A stretch of DNA of 53,889 nucleotides, the filler included, from Squatina squatina (taxonomy: Eukaryota): assembly GCA_031763465.1 (NCBI GenBank). It is 3 parts of 3 records of this genome, joined end to end, with 100 filler letters (N's around TTAATTAATTAA, not from the genome) between each part and the next. Parts side by side here need not be neighbours in the genome. Positions count along the whole stretch, not along the records: positions 1 to 17,873 come from JARFOE010000115.1; positions 17,974 to 33,689 come from JARFOE010000100.1; 1 more part is not named here. One strand, given 5' to 3'. Under the pieces are notes generated by a model. It was not told the DNA's origin, ran no database searches, and saw only the letters and a program-made list of their open reading frames with translations. Position numbers and translations under genes: made by a program. Each line of letters starts with the position of its first letter. Positions within the stretch are counted from its first letter, which is position 1. Shown here one piece after another: positions 12,519-24,341 of the stretch.

Positions 12519-15500
12519 TTAATATTAACAAACACCTTTTACAGTTAAGCCTCTTTGTGAAACACAAAATGAGCAGCTTTTAATTTCAGACCTGTTGTAC
12601 ATTTGTATCTGCGCACATCTTTCCAGTTGAGTGTGGTATTTTTGAAATATGTCCAATTCATTCACTGTAATGGAAATTGCAGTGAGGTTTATTACAGCAA
12701 TGGATTACGAGTCCAGTGGACTTTATTTATATTCATATATCAATTATTCAACACAAATTCGCATGATATGGAGAAATTTTTGCATGGTGTATGCTTCAAA
12801 GAAAAATCAAGGCTCAATGGATTAATTATCCGATTGAGAAACATAGCTATCTTCTCCTGCGGCAGGAAATAAAAACATATTTATCATCCAAGCCTCATAA
12901 TTTTCTAAAAACTTGGAAATATGCATCTGTTTTATCTGTTAGTACTATTGTTAACATTGTAAATAAAACTGTTGTTGGTTGATTTTAACTAGCCAAAACC
13001 TACATTAAAGGGGTCAGCAACAGCCTTAAAATACCCACTGCCAATTTTACAGGGACCTATTGTTGGGCGGCTGAAGCACCTGCCTCTGTCAGATGATAGC
13101 CTCTTTTAACATGCAAACGTGCAGCGTGCACTCTCTGACCAGATTACTGAAAAATGGGGTCCTACTTATGTCATAGGATTCTGATTTATAAATTAAAATG
13201 AATCTACTCCCTGAAACAGGCAGACGCTTTTGACTCATTCAATATGGAGCCAGACACGTCATCAAGATTAACAGAATGGTAAGGTTACTGAGGGTGTTAA
13301 TGCCAGGCGAATTAAGTAAAAATTGACCCCTCTTTGAGAAGACTGACAAGACCGACATACTTACAAGGGTTTAAAACATTATGGGCGGCCAATTCGTGGT
13401 CAAACTTTTGGCGTCAAATCGGCGCGAAACTGGCGTTAGGCCACTTTTAGCGTGAAAAAATCGGGTGCAAAATTCAGGTGCCGTTCGCTAACCGGGCGCA
13501 AAGCCCATAACGCTGGAATCACTGGCGTTAATATAAACGCGGCACTGTGACGTCATTATTGCGTGCACCACCCAAAATGGCCACCTGTCCAGAATTGCAC
13601 AGTCTCACTGAGCGCTAAATCCGGCGGTGACAACGACTGCTTTTTTCAGCGTTGACACGGGCCNNNNNNNNNNNNNNNNNNNNNNNNNNNNNNNNNNNNN
13701 NNNNNNNNNNNNNNNNNNNNNNNNNNNNNNNNNNNNNNNNNNNNNNNNNNNNNNNNNNNNNNNCTACTTTTCCTGAAATGACCTTCTGCTGACACAACTC
13801 CTGCACATATTGGGATTATTACAGGTCCATAAATAGAATGAAAAGTTTACATCAGCATACTGCCTTAAACGAGCAGTATCACAGTTTTTGAATTCAACTT
13901 CTCAGTGTGGTTAGTGTTAGTTCAACATTTATCTCATTGTCATCTAGTGGGGATTTAGCTTTAGCAAAGCAACATTTTGTTTTGAATTTTCTGTTAAATG
14001 CCCAGTAGATCTTTTAATATTATAATTAGAACCTATCTGTTTGGACCCTGTGCATAAAACCATCAAGTTAATAAATAACTATGATTGTGTTTTTTTTCTA
14101 AATACGTTGTGTTCCTTTTTTAGTCTTTGCATCATAGAAAGTACAAATCCGTGGTTCATCATCCCAATAGCTTCACATGTTAGTATTGATTGATTAGAAT
14201 CTCTGATAGCTCTTCTTTTCCTTTGAATTAACTAGCTGGTTGAACATGTCAGTCAACGACACTTGCACTCACAAGATGGACTGAATATAATAAGTTTAAT
14301 GAAATTACTCTTTCAGATAAATGAACTCCTGTAGCACGAATCCCTAGTACATTGTTCAGTTTAACTTTTATCAGTCAGTTTAATGAGCACTGTCATTTAT
14401 TACTACCTTCTATTTGTGTTTGTATTTTCAGGCTGGATTTTTTTTTCTCAAAATGGCAAGGGATTTCACATTCGTGAGCTAGGGAAGCTGAGATGCACAT
14501 TACTGAAGTTGCTCTTGCCCTCCATTTTTGACAGCAGACACACAATGGATACAAAGCCACTGTGTCAAACATTTCCTCACCCAAGTGGCAATTCTTAATC
14601 TCAAGGGTTTCCAATTAATGTTGGAGCAATTCAATCCTCATCCTAGGTGTACACATACCACTCACTAACAGGAGTCTATGGACAGTAGGAACCCAGGCCA
14701 AAAAAAAGGTAGAGAGAAATCCAACATACTGGAAGTCACCAGAATACAAGTCTTAGAAAATAGGAGGAGTAGGCCATTCAGCCCCTCGAGCCTGCTCCAC
14801 CATGATCATGGCAGATCATCCNNNNNNNNNNNNNNNNNNNNNNNNNNNNNNNNNNNNNNNNNNNNNNNNNNNNNNNNNNNNNNNNNNNNNNNNNNNNNNN
14901 NNNNNNNNNNNNNNNNNNNNNACCAGCAAAACAACTTGACAATATGTTATATAAATGCCACACAAAGATGAGTACATTTAGGATAGGCAAAATAGACTGT
15001 CAAGCATTAAGTGCTTTTTGTAACTGTCTCTTTTCATCGGTAATGATGCCTACCGATTCTTAGATAACAACTGCAGTTTACTGTACCCTACACAGTGGAT
15101 AAAGATTTTGATTGCAGCTATTTCTCTTCTGAATTCTAAATGACAATCTGCATCTTTCAGGAATGGTTGAGTTCATCTGAGTAGATCTCTATACTACGCA
15201 GTGTGACACCAAGATTAATCCTGCCTTGACTGAAGCACATACTAATTACTAGTGCATAAAAAAACTGAAGTGTTGAAAGTGTCATTCACAATTAACATCT
15301 CCAGGTACCATTAGTATTAAGAGATAAGCAACAAACAGGAATACTAATGCAACACTAACTGGGAGACATGAATTAATAATGACACTTGCAAGATATGGTG
15401 TATTTAAGTGCACAACTGCAATGCTGTTTATTTGAAGTATACGAGCAAGAATGACCACACTCAAAAAGCAATTAAACACATTATATCTTAAACATATGTT

Positions 15501-16399
15501 TATGAACTGGAACTGGACAACTACCGCACTCTCTCTATGATACGTGTAAACTTCAACCCTGCACGATTAACATTGCTTGAATAAATTCTGTTCTTAATCC
15601 CGTTGTTTTTTTTAAAGAACATTTAAGGATAGATATTCTTGCAGTCATTACATTTTGTCCATGCAGGAATCGAGTGTTTAGCATGCAGCTATTTGTGCCA
15701 ATTACTATAATGGAGTATTTTTTTTCCTTTCACAGCATTCTTCCTAAAACTTGTACCCTGCATAAATTGGTCCAATGAACAGAAACAGACCTCTCAGGGG
15801 CATTGTCTTCAGCTTGTTAAGACTTTATTCAGGCCAATTACAGGTACCACTTGCAAAGTTCAATAGCCTTGGATTTATCATGCCAACTGGATACTTAATC
15901 CATAAAAAAATGGCAATAGAGCAGCAGAGAGGCCTTACTAGGCAACAGATCTGTCCCACAGTTAATATTTTGTGTGCATGACANNNNNNNNNNNNNNNNN
16001 NNNNNNNNNNNNNNNNNNNNNNNNNNNNNNNNNNNNNNNNNNNNNNNNNNNNNNNNNNNNNNNNNNNNNNNNNNNNNNNNNNNGCAAAGAAATAAATTTA
16101 CAAGCGCAATAAATAGAACTGAAACTGAATACTAACATTTTGGCAAACACTGAAATCAATGGAATGAAAATTGGACAGGTTCTATAATGGGTAACCTGCT
16201 CCATTCGGCAGTGAAGATGAAAATTTACCCCAGAATGTCACTTAACCTTTTCTTTAAAAAAAACTATTTGTCTATCTGCCATTCCATCTTTAAAGATGTA
16301 TGGGTATGAATTTCTGGAGGTTGTTTTGCTCATCCACGGTAGCTTGTGAAAGAGCCCCAGAAACAAATGGCAGAAACGGTGTATTGATATCAAGATCTC

Positions 16400-17510
16400 A
16401 CTGTTCCTCCACTCTGAAGAATATTACCATTTAGATATACTTCCTTTTACGGTTCTTTCACACACAATGTTCTGCTTCATATTTCTCTATTTCATTACAT
16501 GTTCCACCTATCTGCCACTCTGCTAACATGCTTACATTCTTCTGCATTCTTTCTCACAGCTTGCCATTCCCTCTAATTTGATAACTTCACCATCCTCTAA
16601 TGTGTATTTTTTTTTATATAAACATAAATGGAAAACCAGAGTTTCATCATAGATCGCTAAGGTTTAGCACCTCCCACCAAGCCAAAAACGCATCCATTTC
16701 CCCCACTGTTTTTTATCCCCAGCTTTCCCTCTATTCATGCAGCTACATTCCCTTGAATAAAAGCTGCATGAATCTTCATAACAAATCCTTTATGTGGCAC
16801 CTTATCAAACACCTCCTGAAAACCTGATATATCAACATTCTTTTTGTCTATACACAGTGACTTCTCAACAAATTCAATGACTTTGGACAAGCATGACCTG
16901 CTCTTTACAAATCCATATTGACTCTCTCTGATTAGCCTTTTGCCTTTTTAAGTGTTCACTATTATCCTGTATTATTTCAAGTATTCATTGTTATCCCATA
17001 TTATGGACTCTAGGAGCGAAAATTTTACTACATGCCTCAGTGGGCAGTTTAGTGGAAATCATAGGTCCATCATCTGCAATTTCATCTCTATTGATAGACA
17101 GGAAAATTGCAGGTGTGCTGTTACATGTGAGGCTCTGTCAGCAACAAGGTCATAGAAAATTTCACCCTAAATGATTTCCCATAACAGAGGCAAGACTAGC
17201 AGCTATAATTTCCTTTTTCTTAAGCTGAGGTGTAATATTTGCTTCCCTCGAAGTCCTTTAGCACAGATATCATTTCCAAAGGATTTTTAAAAAATTATGG
17301 TTTGCACCTATGCTATCTTCTCTCCAATCTCCTTCGGAATTCTAGGATGCATACCATTTGGAACTTTTCAATCCCTTCAACTTTAATAAGGTTCCCTTTT
17401 GAATATTCATCTGCAGTATTAACTCCTCCACATTCCTGTCTAAAAGCGGAGGCAAAATATTTATTAAGCATCTCCACCAGTCTCTCATTTGTAAATGGTC
17501 CCATCCCATC
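16400..17510 (-). mobile_element. Old, heavily decayed CR1-group LINE RT region with a nested insert
   Basis: Minus strand shows remnants of SQYGFVKSRSCLS, FDKVPH and LNKYFASAF motifs. Confidence 0.6.
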
Positions 17511-17567
17511 ATTTTACTTCTAACATTACAAAATTAAAGCAATGTTCTCTATGAAGAATTCATTTAT

Positions 17568-18170
17568 TGGGCCTGAAATTGCAATCGGAGGCTCCCTGCG
17601 TGCGGGTGCCTCGGATTGCAATTTCCCTTACGTCCTTACCCAAGGGTCCTGGATCCACGGGAGTTTACGATCTTCAGCCCCCACCCCATCCCGAGTTGGA
17701 GATTTGGAGCGGGGCTGTCAAGTTTCCCGGGCAAACTGAAGAAGCTGGAGAGTTCACATGGGAGGCCCCAGCCAGCCAATCAGGTAGGTGTATCTGTCAA
17801 TGAAGTTTTGACAGTTCTCAGCGATCTGTCAAAACTTCATTGAAAGATGAAAAACAACACAAACACATCACAANNNNNNNNNNNNNNNNNNNNNNNNNNN
17901 NNNNNNNNNNNNNNNNNTTAATTAATTAANNNNNNNNNNNNNNNNNNNNNNNNNNNNNNNNNNNNNNNNNNNNAATATCCCAACTCTGCCCAGCAATTGT
18001 GAGTTCCAGGTGGTGCGGATGATCTGTCAAGGCATAGCTTGACAGATCTCAAGTTCAGGCTTCAGCGCATACGCAAACACATGCGGAAATCCCAAACTTG
18101 TGTATTTTCAAAGGCGGTATGACGGCGTACTCTCAAAGCACGCCGTCATATACTACTGCAAAGTATGGGC
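17568..18170. mobile_element. Same palindrome-rich element family, split by linker 1
   Basis: Starts GGGCCTGAAATTGCAATCGGAGGC; the right part (18010-18170) resembles 7170-7297; ends GCAAAGTATGGGCT. Confidence 0.6.
17874..17973. other. Artificial scaffold linker N44-TTAATTAATTAA-N44
   Basis: Palindromic 12-mer with stops in all six frames (17918-17929), centred in exactly 100 nt. Confidence 0.95.
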
Positions 18171-19306
18171 TAATATGAAAAATATTTACTCACCTTCCCT
18201 TCTCTTTTTTGGGGGGCTCTAGAGGAGAATGAAGCAGCAGGTCACCACAGCTTACCCTCTGGAGGTGTAGCCCCTCAACTCGAGAATAATTTTGGTCCCT
18301 GGGAAGGAAGGTCTAGTTCACCACAACCTCCCTCCTTCCCCGCCCCCTTCCCAAAGAGCTGGGATGCCCCTCCCTGCCCAGGTAGTTTTCATGATTTTGC
18401 TTCCCCATTCCTATCCTCCCTGTTCACCCCATCCCTTCTTTCTCCCTGTCACCTCCCTCTTTCTGCCTTCCCCAATCCAGATCCTTTTCCCTCTCTCCCT
18501 TTCCCTCCCCGTGTTCTTTCTTAGCGTTTCTGTCATTATCCCCCAACCTCTAACCAAGCTTTACCTGAATAGTGAACTTGCTCCTGACTTACTGTATGCA
18601 ACAGCCTGGAAATCAAGTGGTATATATCGTTACTTTTTCTCTCTGGATCTCACGGTCTTTAGATTTTTCACACTCTCTCCTGCAACGTTCCCTCTAAGCA
18701 GCCACAAAGCTGTCTGCTGGTTATGCGCAACCTGGGACCGGCTTTTCCAATGTAAAAGTTCGCACATGTGCAAAACTTTGGGCCTCGCAGCCCGTTAAAG
18801 GGCCTGCGCACCCAAATTTAAAATTGGGGGAAACATTGCTCTCCTGTGTCTTGATGTCTTTTTTTTATTTGTCTGCTGAAGCTTTATTCTCTTCTGTTAA
18901 GTTTCTCATGTACTCTCTTCTTTCCTTGCTGTGGCTACCTCTCCCTTGTCAGCACCAGAAGCACTGGAGGCTCTGCCTCCTGAGCTCTTTTGTCGGGGGA
19001 GCAGATGAACATCAAGCATTGTTCAAAGCAGGCACTGAGCATCTCTGTCACTTTAAAAAAAAAAGTGTTGAGGAACATAGTTGTGCAAAACAAGTATATA
19101 TTTAATGAGATATGTTTTACTTGACAGTATTTAGTTTTTCATGGGAAGCCCATTGATTAGAGATATTCAGCCAGATCTCAACACTTTGTGAAGGAGATTT
19201 CAGATGAAAGTATTTTTGCATAAAATAATGATTTAACAGTTTAGGCAGCAAAATATTCAAATTCTTAGTTGCACCATAATAATTTATGAATTATTTCTGG
19301 TTTCAG

Positions 19307-19633
19307 GAACAGACCAGCATGACGGTTTTGGTGAGCAACATGATGTAACCCAGGTTACTGACCTTGACGGCACCCTAGGATCCCCATCAAAGACATCTGT
19401 TGCTCCTGATCTAAAGTCTGTTTACATTCATGACTCACATAGTGAAATTGATTATTGCACTGCAAACTATGAAGATAAAACCATACCTAAAAAACATCAT
19501 GCAAATCACTCACATCATTCTCATGGTCACTGCCATTCTAATAAAGAAATGCAAAATGCCGGAATAGCAAATATTGCTTGGATGGTTATCATGGGAGACG
19601 GCATGCATAACTTCAGTGATGGGCTGGCGATAG
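19307..19633 (+). CDS. SLC39A10: Zinc transporter ZIP10, internal exon (His-rich cytoplasmic loop plus TM4)
   Basis: tttcAG acceptor and G|GTAAG donor, phase 1/1. Translates (G)TDQHDG...KKHHANHSHHSHGHCHSNKEMQNAGIANIAWMVIMGDGMHNFSDGLAI(G), matching the LIV-1 family HNFSDG motif and the recalled ZIP10 HSHHSHGxCHS/GIANIAWMVIMGDG stretch. Not in the ORF track. Confidence 0.93.
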
Positions 19634-20839
19634 GTAAGAAAACGTATCAGTTCTTGTGTCCAAAAACAATGTGATTGCTTCAGCAGTGGCCTAAAAGTAA
19701 TACACTGTTAACAAAATCTGCTCCTTTCATTAGTCATTATCTGTGCACGTTAGATATTTGAATTATGACTGGCTGAAACTTGAAATAGTCTTCAATACTA
19801 TTCTATAGAATATAAATTTTGATGTAGTGATGTACTTAAATTCCAATCCTGATATTTTGAGATCCTATTTAAAAATGGTAACAAAATTTTGAATACTGAA
19901 TTCCTTTGGTAGCTTTGTAGATTTGTGTTCTACTTCAAAAGCATTTTTTTAATTTGTTATTCCCCTCATTTTGAGAATCTGCTTCTGCGTAATTACAATA
20001 AGGAGGGTGGAACAGTCTGATCTGCAAATAACTATTGTCAACAGCACTGTNNNNNNNNNNNNNNNNNNNNNNNNNNNNNNNNNNNNNNNNNNNNNNNNNN
20101 NNNNNNNNNNNNNNNNNNNNNNNNNNNNNNNNNNNNNNNNNNNNNNNNNNACTCTATAGCCCTTTTTTATTCAGAATCGATACTGTACTGGTCCTTGGCA
20201 TCACATCCACTTAAATGGATATACTGAGATGCCCCACAAGTGGTACCTGTGAAATGTGAGACATGTATGGTGCTGAAGCATGCAGGAGATAGACTAAAGC
20301 CTGGAGTTGCTCTTCCTCACTCAACCTTTTGCTCCATTTTGACTATGTGTATAGCTGGTTGCAGATATATCGTAGATGACAGAACAAAACACCAGCATGG
20401 CAACCACCAACCTCTGAAGGTCTCATTTTCATCAGTGTAGAGAAGACAATTACTGTATTGGCAGACCTGTATTTGAATATCAGTGATGCATTTACAATCA
20501 TTGTGGCGTGAATTTGTTGATAAAAGTCAAGCATAAGGCAGATATCAAACATCTTCCATCCAGCATGGGTCTGCTGTAGTTAAGTTTTCACAAAGTTTGA
20601 ATGAAATGAAGAAATGTTAACCATCCATGAATGAATGGCTTTTTGTAATGTAAAGGACTGTCTCCCTTGATTGACAACTTGATTCTTCGCATTATTAAAA
20701 GTTGATGTTTACAAGTACATAAACTGAAAACAAGTTTTAAGCTCGATGACTATCATTTTAAATTAATATTAAAAAATGACACTGGTAATTGTAGCAAGCA
20801 CTTTTGACAATACTGTAAATTTCAAATTAAAATTAAAAA

Positions 20840-20914
20840 GGAAAGACTTGCAATTGATATAGCGCTTTTCATGACCTCCGGATGTCCCAAAGCGCTTTCC
20901 AGCCAATAAAGTAC
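20840..20914 (-). mobile_element. SINE 3' tail fragment
   Basis: AAAGACTTGCA..TATAGCGCTTTTCATGACCTCCGGATGTCCCAAAGCGCTTT, closely similar to 52177-52250. Confidence 0.75.
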
Positions 20915-21076
20915 ATAAAACCAGTGATTTTAAAGTTCAGAATGTTCAATATTAATATATTTTTGTATTTTGACTATAATTTCTCCATTGATCATGACTG
21001 ATATATGCAGAGGCATGATGCATAAATTATTTATACTGTTGTACTTGGTATAAAAGACTTTTTCCTTTCCTCCTAG

Positions 21077-21157
21077 GAGCTTCTTTCAGTGCTTCCATCA
21101 CAGGGGGGCTGAGTACTTCCATTGCTGTGTTTTGCCATGAGCTTCCTCACGAGCTAG
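21077..21157 (+). CDS. SLC39A10: ZIP10 exon with the CHELPHELG metal-site motif (TM5)
   Basis: Polypyrimidine-tcctAG acceptor, G|GTATG donor, 81 nt, phase-compatible with the previous exon: (G)[26 protein letters not shown](G), the LIV-1 HEXPHEXGD signature. Confidence 0.96.
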
Positions 21158-21261
21158 GTATGTTTTTTGTGATTTCCATTAGAATGAATTGTAGGAACAT
21201 AGGATTAACCACTTAATTGACCTTTATGGATGGAGAAAACATTTTAGTTACAGAAGGCTTA

Positions 21262-21722
21262 CATTCAGAAGGCTTTTGATAAGGTCCCATATAAGAGGTT
21301 AATGTGCAAAATTAAAGCACATGGGATGGGGGTAATATACTGGCTTGGATTGAGAATTGGTTAACGGACAGGAAACAGTCGGAAATACTGNNNNNNNNNN
21401 NNNNNNNNNNNNNNNNNNNNNNNNNNNNNNNNNNNNNNNNNNNNNNNNNNNNNNNNNNNNNNNNNNNNNNNNNNNNNNNNNNNNNNNNNNGAGGGTCTCG
21501 ATAGAGTGGATGGCCCCTTGAGAGGTCAAAAACCAGGGTGCAGAGATTTAACATGTTTACATAATTGGTCGGAGGTTTAGAGGGGATTCGAGGAATTTTT
21601 TTTTCATGCAGAAGCTATGAACCAAGAGCCAGAAAGTGGGATTCGGCCGGATAGCTCTTTGTCAGCCAGCGTGGACACGATGGGTCGAATGGCCTCCTTC
21701 CGTGCTGTAAATTTCTATTCCT
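21262..21722 (+). mobile_element. CR1-group LINE fragments either side of a gap
   Basis: FQKAFDKVP..RLMCKIKAHG..WIENWL RT motif, then a 3' UTR ending GGCCTCCTTC..TTCTATTCCTATG. Confidence 0.85.
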
Positions 21723-22346
21723 ATGAGTGAAATTCTTGAAAACTGCATCTGTCATGATGCACTTATGAGTTATAGCTTTCATGCTTGTTAAACATAAATT
21801 GTAATTTAATGAGGCTGGAATGTTATTGATTCTGTCCTTGTAAATGTCCTTTATGTATTTTTTTGCATTTGATTCTATTTTAAAAGTACTAAATGGAGAG
21901 CATCTTGTTTTAGGGCTTCTGATCAAAAGCTTGTACTTCAGGCTTTTTGTTGATTCCACTGCATTCTGTTGAAATCCTAGTATGAAGCACAAAATGCATC
22001 ACTGATTGGTTTCGTATAAGCTGCTAGAAAATATACAGTATAAGTTTGACAGTTATGCAACATTCATTCATTACCACTTTTACTCGAAACAGAATTCTTA
22101 CGAAAATAATCTTGGTTGAGATTTATTGAAAGTGTGAAGAAGTTTACATCTCATGCACCAAAGTGAAAGCAAATGCTGTTTCCTAAGTTTATGAACTTCC
22201 TGTTCAAATGGCACTTGCATGGTTCACATTGGGGAAAAAATGTGGACTCCAGCTTTACAGTCGATTTACAGTGGAAAGGCAGGTGCAGTGCTTGAAACTG
22301 ATATTTGTGGACTGAGCCGTAATTGAGTTTTTTTTTCCCTTTCCAG

Positions 22347-22493
22347 TTACCGGAAATGCTACACCGTCCAACAGATAACCGTAGTCAGACTAAGTTTGGA
22401 CACTTTGCTCTACAGAACGCTGGAATGCTCTGTGGGTTTACCATCATGCTGCTAATTGCCATTTTTGAGGATCAAATTGTAATCCACTTCTGA
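22347..22493 (+). CDS. SLC39A10: ZIP10 terminal coding exon (TM8)
   Basis: ttttttccctttccAG acceptor; LPEMLHRPTDNRSQTKFGHFALQNAGMLCGFTIMLLIAIFEDQIVIHF*, TGA at 22491-22493. The preceding DFAVLL...VDM exon is not visible, probably in gap 21391-21490. Confidence 0.93.
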   Translation, partial: LPEMLHRPTDNRSQTKFGHFALQNAGMLCGFTIMLLIAIFEDQIVIHF

Positions 22494-23469
22494 TGTTTAA
22501 CAGTTTTAATGACAAATAATGTATGGTCTTGTTTGCCTTATGTAACAATTCAGTGGTACATGGATTTGGCAAAGCAAATTGTGACAGATATTTGTTAGCA
22601 CAATAGATTACTTTTCACAACAGCTGCTGTTTGTAGGTTGGTTTGATGCACGGTTACCCCCGTGGTTCAGTATGGAACTTAAATAATCAACTTTTTTAAA
22701 TGTCTGTGGAGAAGACAAAATCAATGCTTGAATAAGTAATTAGCACAGTTAGATCAGGATAAGTAGTGTATTTGTAACAGCTGTTTAGAATACTTCCTTT
22801 CGCATGCATTGTGCTAGGTGTTTGTTTATGGATGGCAGTCACCAACTGTAATGCCATCTGGATTCATGGTGCTGTTTTTATGAGATCATATCTCCAGTGT
22901 CGCACATACACAATTCAGCAGATTCCAATTTAGTTTTTAAAATGGTGTATGTTATTACTTAATTGCTGACATTGCCCATTCGATTCATTTTTCATTCACT
23001 TTTAACATTCCTCCCTCCATTGTAATACCTCAGAACCATGTTTGCTGTCCTAAGTGATCAGCTAGATTGCTTGCTGTATGTATTAGTTTGGAGTTGATTT
23101 TTGTAAGCCCATATTAGCCTGTCACTGTGTGACATTTCCCTTTTTGTCACTATAAATCAATGTAATCGATCATATGTGATCAAGTGCAACTGGCCAAAAT
23201 ATGATAAATGTGAGTTAGTGGAACCTGTGATTCTTGTGGATGTTGATTATTCAACTTAATAATTCATTGTTAAAGCCAAAGATTATGGAACCTAAGCAGT
23301 TAATTTGAAGTTTAGATGAAAAGTTTCAGTGTTAAGGTACCATAGACTTTGTGTTTGTTACAAGTGAAATTAAAAAGCATTTTGGTTATCACTAAAGAAA
23401 AGTTTTGATGTTATAAGCCTGTATTATACTAATATGTATGAATGAAACTGGTTCTTTAAAGTTTTACTT

Positions 23470-23475
23470 AATAAA
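23470..23475 (+). terminator. Likely polyadenylation signal of SLC39A10
   Basis: AATAAA about 1 kb after the stop in an unbroken AT-rich UTR, followed by CA at ~23494 and a GT/T-rich tract (ttgttttattgtattgatgttgt). Confidence 0.7.
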
Positions 23476-23499
23476 TTCCTGTCAATGCAAAACCATTGT

Positions 23500-23505
23500 T
23501 TTATT
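23500..23505 (-). terminator. Likely polyadenylation signal of DNAH7
   Basis: TTTATT on + (AATAAA on -), about 237 nt beyond the DNAH7 stop codon. Confidence 0.7.
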
Positions 23506-23741
23506 GTATTGATGTTGTAACAAAATTACTTGTCAAAAAATTTCTGCAGGAAACACACCGACAAAATTGGGGTTGGGAAATAGAATGCAAGCAGTTTCTT
23601 AAAATCCTAATTGTTACACATTTGAGGCAGATATTTAAGAAAATTTTCACCAAGGCTTGTACTTGTTCCACATACAAAATGAGGTTTGAGCGTTGAAGAT
23701 ATTAGTAAATTTCAAGCTGTAATTTAGTGCACAAAAAAGCA

Positions 23742-23820
23742 TTAAGAATTAAGCTGACAGAGTAGAGCAACACCACGGCCAATCCAGTGTTCAGAGGGCT
23801 GGTCAGAAGGGATACGCATA
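23742..23820 (-). CDS. DNAH7: Dynein axonemal heavy chain 7, last exon (5' part lost in gap)
   Basis: MRIPSDQPSEHWIGRGVALLCQLNS*, matching the recalled DNAH7 C-terminus (HWIGRGVALLCQLNS); TAA at 23744-23742. Confidence 0.93.
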
Positions 23821-23920
23821 NNNNNNNNNNNNNNNNNNNNNNNNNNNNNNNNNNNNNNNNNNNNNNNNNNNNNNNNNNNNNNNNNNNNNNNNNNNNNNNN
23901 NNNNNNNNNNNNNNNNNNNN

Positions 23921-24040
23921 CCACATTTCCGACATGACAGCATTGACTACACTTCAAAAAAGTACTTTATTGACTGTAAAGTGCTTTGGGATGTCTGGTG
24001 GTCATGAAAGGTGCTATATATATGCACGTATTTCTTTCAT
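23921..24040 (+). mobile_element. SINE 3' tail fragment
   Basis: TGACTACACTTCAAAAAAGTACTT..GTAAAGTGCTTTGGGATGTC..CATGAAAGGTGCTATATA. Confidence 0.75.
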
Positions 24041-24163
24041 TTTTGAATGGTGCTTATGTGTACCACTGCTCGGTAGCGTGACATGTCACTTGACACCAAC
24101 CACTGCACTTTACCAAAATCGCAGTGACAATAGCGTTACGTGTGAAAGTTGTGTTTCTCTTAC

Positions 24164-24341
24164 CATCCTCCGGGGGAAACCTATACTTCTTGTCCTCCAG
24201 TACTTCATAGTCAAAAGTGAGCAGGTCAATGGGAATGGTGTATCTTCTGGCATAATTTTGCTGGCTCCCTGTTAGAAAAGCTTGAGTAAAGAAAAAACCA
24301 GACAACCAGAAGACGGAAGGGGCTCCAAGTTCAAACCAGTC
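24164..24341 (-). CDS. DNAH7: DNAH7 exon, dynein C-terminal domain
   Basis: AG/GT bounded, 178 nt: [59 protein letters not shown](G). Confidence 0.95.

Noticed and set aside
17918-17929. TTAATTAATTAA as a biological palindrome or homeodomain site
   Set aside because: Occurs twice, each time exactly centred in 44+44 Ns; a synthetic six-frame stop spacer.
18292-18798. 168-aa Pro/Leu/Ser/Phe-rich ORF
   Set aside because: Translation of a pyrimidine-rich low-complexity tract; no family similarity or exon signals.
19307-22493. Assignment to SLC39A6 (ZIP6)
   Set aside because: GIANIAWMVIMGDG, the HSHGxCHS loop and adjacency to DNAH7 favour SLC39A10.
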